From the NCBI GenBank assembly GCA_040143965.1, contig JASJQH010006876.1:62001-92976 (forward strand): 30,976 nucleotides of DNA. The letters run 5' to 3'. Position 1 is the stretch's first letter. The number at the start of each line of letters is the position of its first letter. The position numbers and the translations under genes are program-made. Positions 24,593 to 30,976 of this stretch are shown here, one piece after another. Below the pieces are notes generated by a model. The model was given only the letters and a program-made list of their open reading frames with translations. It was not told the DNA's origin and made no database searches. The stretch comes from Basidiobolus ranarum (taxonomy: Eukaryota).

Positions 24593-26277
24593 TTAGATTT
24601 GACGGACTAGCACTTGCATCTTTCTAAGAACAATAGCAAATACACATGCCGCTAAAATTGATGAAGATCCGGCCACGACGGAAAAGGCGTATGGATTGTC
24701 TTCATAAAATGATGTCAAATTCATACCGAAGAGGCAAGCTACAAATGAACCTGCGCCAAGTCCTAGCGTCCCCATAGTGATCTTCAACTCTAATAAAAGC
24801 AAGTTATTTCGCTGGGAATCAAGAATAATATTAACAATATCCTCGGTAGTTTTGGTATTGGCGCTAACTGCTGCAACTGTGTTTGCAATCTCCTCCACCT
24901 GTTTAAGATAGGTCTCTAATAGAAGTTCAACATCATCACTTTGGGATGCTAAATTTTCACGACCTTCCTTCTTTGCCGTTAAGTACATGGCCTCCAGATC
25001 TTCATCTAATTTTAGATCCGTTTAGTACATTGTACCAAGGTACACCGTGGAAGTTTAGTAACATACCTTGCTCTAAAACTTCTAAAATGGCGTCTCTAAT
25101 ATTTAAGGTGCGTTGCTCGAATTTTGAAAGTCTCTTGGAATATTGTAAAAGCTCTTTGAGCTTATCTCTATCTATGGATTCCTCTAAATACGACAGTAAG
25201 TTGGTAACTAAGCTAACGAGTACCTCCATCTCGCTTTGCAAAGAGCTAACCACGCTGATCATAATCGCTTCAAGTGCTCTAAATATCATTATAAAGTTAG
25301 CTATGACTTTCCAGAAGAGTCCGAGAAATGAATTACCTGAATTCGAAAGCGAGTTGGTGATCTTTGTTGCTCTGCGCGCTTAGTCTTTCTTGAAGATCAT
25401 AAATGAAGATTGATTGATTGTAACTGTCGCTAGATCCATACGAATCGAACAAAACAACAGCGTCTGCCTTGATCAATGCTCTAATATGAGCAAGATGGAC
25501 AAGAATAGCCTCTTTACGTACTAAAATAGCAGGCATTTGATTCACGAAATTACTATCAATCTTGAATATCAATATCTCGTTAGAATTTCTCTCTGTGTAG
25601 TCAATATAAGCGCAATGTTTACCTTTCTAAGATCACGTGCCTTTCAAAGCAATTGACAAAAGTAAACAGTAACCATTAGCATGGGATTAATCAAGGGAAA
25701 CTTAGTTGCGTATCTAGATGTACCTGCAATCCATGCTATTTTTGAAAAACTAATGTTTTAGTAATGGAACCAAGGAAATATCTACGATAAAGTAAAACAA
25801 TACCTGAGTGCATAGTTCAAGTTTGGAAAACTCACCAGCTGTGATTTTGACGTTTCCTCTATGATCAAATTCTGTACCTTGAATAGAATTTGTATCAATA
25901 TAGAGCCACAAACAAAAACCACCAGATAATTATACTCTACATTTTAGTTTCAGTTCATTGGCTTGGTTATTGCTAATGGGACTAGGTGTAGGTTTGACTG
26001 GTAAATTTCGTCTATAGGTCGTTTTGGCGGAAAAAAAGGAAGTACCAGGGCGAGAGTAATTAGCTGTATGTTGTTTTTTCGGAAACAACATGTGACCGAG
26101 TATTGACTGGGAAGGTCTCCGAGAACGATCGATAGAAACGAACGAACGGGAAAACGAACACGAAAGACGAGTAGATTTCAAACCATGCTGTACAATGGGT
26201 ACATTATTTTGTACTAAAGGTTTCACTCTCCAGCATATGGATGTGGTCACCGGGTTAGTCCGTAGGACTTTAAACAT
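24593..26277 (-). CDS. MRS2: Mitochondrial Mg2+ transporter, CorA/MRS2-LPE10 family (6 introns, two microexons)
   Basis: Presequence-like N-terminus; LKCTEFD, HGLQARDLRKID, AFEFRALE, ELLLETY, LDSQRN, and two TM segments with the GMN motif (LFGMNL). Confidence 0.93.
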
Positions 26278-26462
26278 ATAGCTTATTTATCCGGAAAAGC
26301 ACACTTGAATAAGAAATAAATTCGAAGTATATGGAGATAACGAAATATCTTCTTAAAGTTATGAAACGAACACCGAGGTGCAATATGCGCAAAAACAAGC
26401 CAGTCCAAAGGCTCTCGTCCAAAAATAATCAACTGTGTAAAAGTTATGGTTGCTAGTAAATA

Positions 26463-26760
26463 AAATCCGATATTCTAGCTTTAAAACAGAAGTTTTTTCC
26501 ATCCCAGTTTTTTTTGTTCGACATTCTGCGGATCATGTCAGTATTCTATTTGAAATCCGATATTTAGCATCAAAAATGGAATCCCAAGTAATGGTGAAAT
26601 TAGATTTAAACAAAACTGTGTAAAATCGAGTTTAATGACTAGTTGATAGATGTCGGAACTGGAAGTGTTATGTTCCTGAGTACAAGTGCTACACACGTGG
26701 AGCGGCGGGATGACAAATGGCCATAGTTATGGGTTGAAATTTCTCGGAGCATTGGCTGAT
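26463..26760. promoter_or_regulatory. Putative MRS2/BioDA bidirectional promoter elements
   Basis: AAATCCGATATT twice (26463-26474, 26553-26564), CACGTG at 26694-26699 and an inverted CCAAT box (ATTGGCTGAT, 26751-26760) in a head-to-head intergenic gap of about 700 nt. Confidence 0.35.
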
Positions 26761-26983
26761 GTTATAGATAAAATACGTTGTACTACGGCCACTTCATATT
26801 CTGGAATATATCAATCCACGCTGTAGATTTCCTGTTTAGGCATTCTATCAAGCTCGAATGGTACCGATACACAAGTCTAAGAGCGGTAAGATGAGTCAAA
26901 GATTGTAGGTTTCTTTCTTAAAAACTGACAACCTGTCTATACAACAAATTTAACACTACTCGGTGGTAGATAAGCACTCAATT

Positions 26984-29814
26984 ATGGCATACCTACCGAA
27001 GCGTTTTCTTCCTCATCAAGTATTTGCTGCTAATACAGATGTAGGAAAGACTATCTTCTCTACTGCATTATGTCGTGGCGTTGCAGCAAGATATCCCAAC
27101 AGCTCTATTTATTACTTAAAGCCTGTTCAAACTGGTTATCCTGTGGATAGCGACGCTAGGTAAGAATTAGCATGTCTTTTGAACCGACTTACTTATTGGT
27201 TTGCTCACTCCGCCCATTCTTGCTAATATTCAGGCATGCCAAGAAATACTGTCCTAGCATAACTGCCGCTGATACCCTTTACACATATAAGGACCCAGTA
27301 AGTCCCCACATTGCTACCGTTAACGTAAGCCCTACTCCTTTCATGTTGAAATTACGATTCATGCCGACCAAATTGATTTATTTTGACTCATTTGAAAACA
27401 ACAGCCACCCACTGATGTCAGTGTATTGGAATCTGTACGTACCAAAATTCAAGAATACGCACAAGAAAGCAAGGGAAAAGATGCCTTTATGTTTCTTGAG
27501 ACCGCCGGAGGTACGTTTAAAAAGTATCACTTTCTATTCTATTACGAGTGACGATATAACACTTTTATTTATTATCTCGAATGTAGGAGTAAATAGCCCA
27601 ATAATGTCAGGTTGGAATTAGTTTAAATTCGTATGAAGTCCCCTTTACATACTTACTTGAATTGACTATATTATAGGAACGTTACAATGCAACTTTTATC
27701 GTCCATTGCGACTTCCCACTGTGCTTGTTGCTGATTCAAAGCTTGGAGGAATTTCTACTACCTTGTCCTCCTTTGAATCCTTATATGTCCGTGGATACGA
27801 TGTGAATACTGTATTATTGTTTGAGGATGAGAGCTGGAAAAACAATGAATTCCTTGCCAAACAACTACCAAATGATATTCGAGTATTTTCAATCCCCTCT
27901 CCTCCGACTCGTGGATCCAATAATGATGATTTCAAAGACATGAGCGAATATTACTCTCGTTTAGATAAGGTGTTTCAATCTGTTGCGGAACATCTCAAAG
28001 ATAAGGGTGACAAAAGAATTGAGGGGCTGATGGAGATGGAGAATAAAACAAAGGACATTATCTGGTGGCCATTTACCCAGCACCACAATGTCAAGAATGT
28101 TACCGTCATCGACTCGGCTTATGGGGATATGATGGTTACATTAAATCCCAAAACAAAAGACTCCAAGGGTGACTCGAATCTGTTTACCGAAAAGTTTGAT
28201 GGATGTGCTAGTTGGTGGACTCAAGGTCTTGGCCACGGCTCCCCTTCTTTGAGTATGGCTACTGCCCATGCTGCTGGTAGATATGGCCACGTTATGGCTC
28301 CCGAGTGCACCAATGAACTTTCTTTGTCCTTGGCAGAGAAATTGATTCATACTGTTGGTAAAGATTGGGCTCAACGTGTATACTATTCAGATAATGGAAG
28401 TACTGCTACTGAGATTGCACTAAAGATGGCTCTCAGACACACTGCTAATAAACATCAGTTATCTACTGGTACTGATACGAACCGTAATATTGAGATTATT
28501 GGCTTGAAGGGAAGTTATCATGGAGATACTATAGGTGCCATGGATGCATCCGACCCTAACGTGTACAACGACACAATTCATTGGTAAGTTTGCCTGTCTT
28601 TATTTTTGTTTCACATTAAATATTCACCTCTTTTTAAATGATAATCAGGTACCAACCTAAAGGTTTCTGGTTTGATCCCCCAAATGTGTCTATGAAGGAC
28701 GGGGTTTACAATGTTCACATTCCCAAAGAATTCAAGTATGACTCCGCAGAAGAAAAATTCTCTTCTTTGAGCGGTGTATTTGGCGATCGCTCCAAGAGCA
28801 AACTTGCTAGCTTTTACAGATCATATATTGATGATACTTTGAACAAGCTTATAAAGCAGGAAGGAAGACGCTTTGGAGCTTTGATGATGGAGCCTATTCT
28901 CATGGGTGCTGGAGGTATGATCTTTGTTGATCCTCTGTTCCAGAAAACTTTGGTAGAAGCAGCGCGGGATCTAAAATACAAGGACAATACCGAGAAAGGC
29001 ATTCCCGTCATTCTTGATGAAGTATTTACTGGATTCTGGCGCCTTGGAAGAAGAAGTGCAGCAGAGATCCTTGGCGTGGTAATGTTTTTACATTTTTAAG
29101 AATTGCTTGACAATATTCAATTAATCTTTTGTCATTTCAAGAAACCTGACATTGCTGCCTATGCTAAGCTATTGACCGGAGGTCTTGTCCCACTGGCCGT
29201 GACTTTGACTAGTGAAGAGATATTTAAGTCATTCTATTCTCCCAATAAGCACGATGCTCTATTACATGGCCATTCTTACACTGCACATCCAATCGGCTGC
29301 TCGGTTGCACTTCAATCTATTAAAGAATATGAACAGAAGCATAGCTCGCAATTAACCCTTTCCTCCAATGCATTAAATCAACTTTCTGATAAGGATTGGT
29401 ATATTTGGAATCCTGAGGTGAGTATATTTATTTTAGATATTGATATTGGCTGAAGGTATTGATCATCTTTTCAAATTAGACCGTGCAATATATTTCACAT
29501 TTGCCAAATGTTCAAGGGGTTGTTTCTTTGGGCACTGTATTAGCCATTGAACTGAAGGACGCCGAAGGAGCTGGTATATAGCATTGAATGGCATATGTGA
29601 AGCAATCAGCTTCTAACATTATTATTTTATTGTAGGTTACACCTCCAACGTTTCCAAGGAGTTTATTCAACATATTCGCAACCTAGATAACAATATGCAA
29701 ATATTTGCTCGTCCCTTAGGAAATGTTGTCTATATAATGGGATCCATTGTTACCACGCCTGAGCAGGTAGCTCAACTTGAGAAAACCATCTTGAACGCAT
29801 TGGAACACCGTTAA
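26984..29814 (+). CDS. BIO3-BIO1: Bifunctional dethiobiotin synthetase / DAPA aminotransferase (BioDA, BIO3-BIO1 fusion; 8 introns)
   Basis: DTBS part: ANTDVGKT, YLKPVQTG, ETAGGVNSP and SKLGGISTT. Aminotransferase part: IWWPFTQH, DGCASWWTQGLGHG, SDNGSTATEIALKMA, YHGDT, LDEVFTGFWRLG, AKLLTGG (PLP Lys), HGHSYTAHP and ARPLGNVVY. Confidence 0.96.
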
Positions 29815-30976
29815 GTTTTAAATCATCCACCAAGCTGTGAAGTGCATTTCATTCCATAGATTCAGAAACACTCTTGTTATCTTTATTAGAAGGAATTGAT
29901 ACCACTAATGGACAATACATTACATATTGCATTCAAAAGACATCCTGTTTCTTTTCAAACCATGATATTTAGTAACGTTACATCCAAATGGAATTAGAAT
30001 CTGATAATTATTGATTCAACCAACATACCATTTGTCTGACCAGTAGAAACAAATATATATAGCATTGCAATACTGCCAATGGTACGGAAGTAATCGGAAA
30101 CATGGAAGTTATTGACCAAGTGCCTCCATCTATATATTATATGCATGAAGTCTATAAATAGCCATTGTTAGCCAATTGTTGCAACAGTGTTTGAGATCTT
30201 GACTAATTAGGAAACAATGCAAAAATCGTTCAAACAACTTCCCAACATGTTACAACAATTAAGCTCATTTTGATCCGACACCGGGCTTCGATCTTGGCTA
30301 AACCAAAGCTAAATACAGCAATATTAATATTATGTATAAGCCTCTTCAGTCTCCCCTGCCTGTCCACTCCTACTTTCACCTCAATAAATATGCATCAGAC
30401 TTGGCTTATAATAAGAACATCTTAACACTAGTACTCATGCAGCACTTGGCAGTCTCGAATATACCCAAAGCAAATGTACGTAGCAGTCTGCATCGTGATG
30501 ACATGATTGGTTCTTAGTTTCCGAATGGATGCTTTTGTAATGTAACTGAGCCAGCGACCTAACAAGCGATCTACCCTCGGTCCAGTAAATCAGACTCTTG
30601 ATTCTGGCTCAATATAAATTTCCGACCTGTAATCTAGACACTCAATAACTGAAACTGTCATGATAATGGCCCCAGGATGGAAAGAGTAGTGCTACAGATC
30701 ATCAGTATACACAAACCTTAATTTATAAGCCTGGTAGTAAGTAGTAGCTCATGGTACAAATAGCCTGTAGTTCAGGATCTGATTGATTAACTTGATCTCA
30801 ATGAATACAAAATAATTAAGGGCTGCTCCCGTTTAGGAAATAGCCCATGGCTTCTAACCTTTATCTCACCCGCTGCTATTCTCCATCTTTGTAAACGGTT
30901 TGTGCGCTAAGAATTCCTTCACTTATTCCATTCCCTTTCCTTCCCTCTCCTTCCCTGTTTGCACTTCTCTCCACTC

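Noticed and set aside
29815-30976. Terminal 1.1 kb including ORF 30332-30517 and a pyrimidine-rich end
   Set aside because: No recognisable coding or RNA feature; the CT-rich end may be the promoter or 5' UTR of a gene outside the window.

Overview
AT-rich, gene-dense eukaryotic DNA with many short (mostly about 50-80 nt) spliceosomal introns. It is most consistent with an early-diverging fungus (Zoopagomycota/Mucoromycota-like; this is inference). Thirteen protein-coding genes were reconstructed by hand-splicing: a SIRT2/Hst2 sirtuin, RPS7, a secreted I9-type protease inhibitor, a Cid1/TUTase-family terminal nucleotidyltransferase, Cdc25 phosphatase, a P-class PPR protein, exportin-6, RNase H2A, biotin synthase BIO2, an intronless bacterial-type amidohydrolase with a signal peptide, a HUA1-like zinc-finger protein, an MRS2 Mg2+ channel and the BIO3-BIO1 (BioDA) fusion. 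The main highlight is a loose biotin locus: BIO2 and BioDA lie about 6 kb apart, share upstream motifs, and flank a probably horizontally acquired, apparently secreted metallo-amidohydrolase, a speculative candidate for biotin salvage or ureido hydrolysis. Also notable are a fungal exportin-6, three frame-supported GC-AG introns, a TUTase with Arg at the Cid1 His336 position, and microexons. No tRNA, rRNA, CRISPR array or transposon was recognised.
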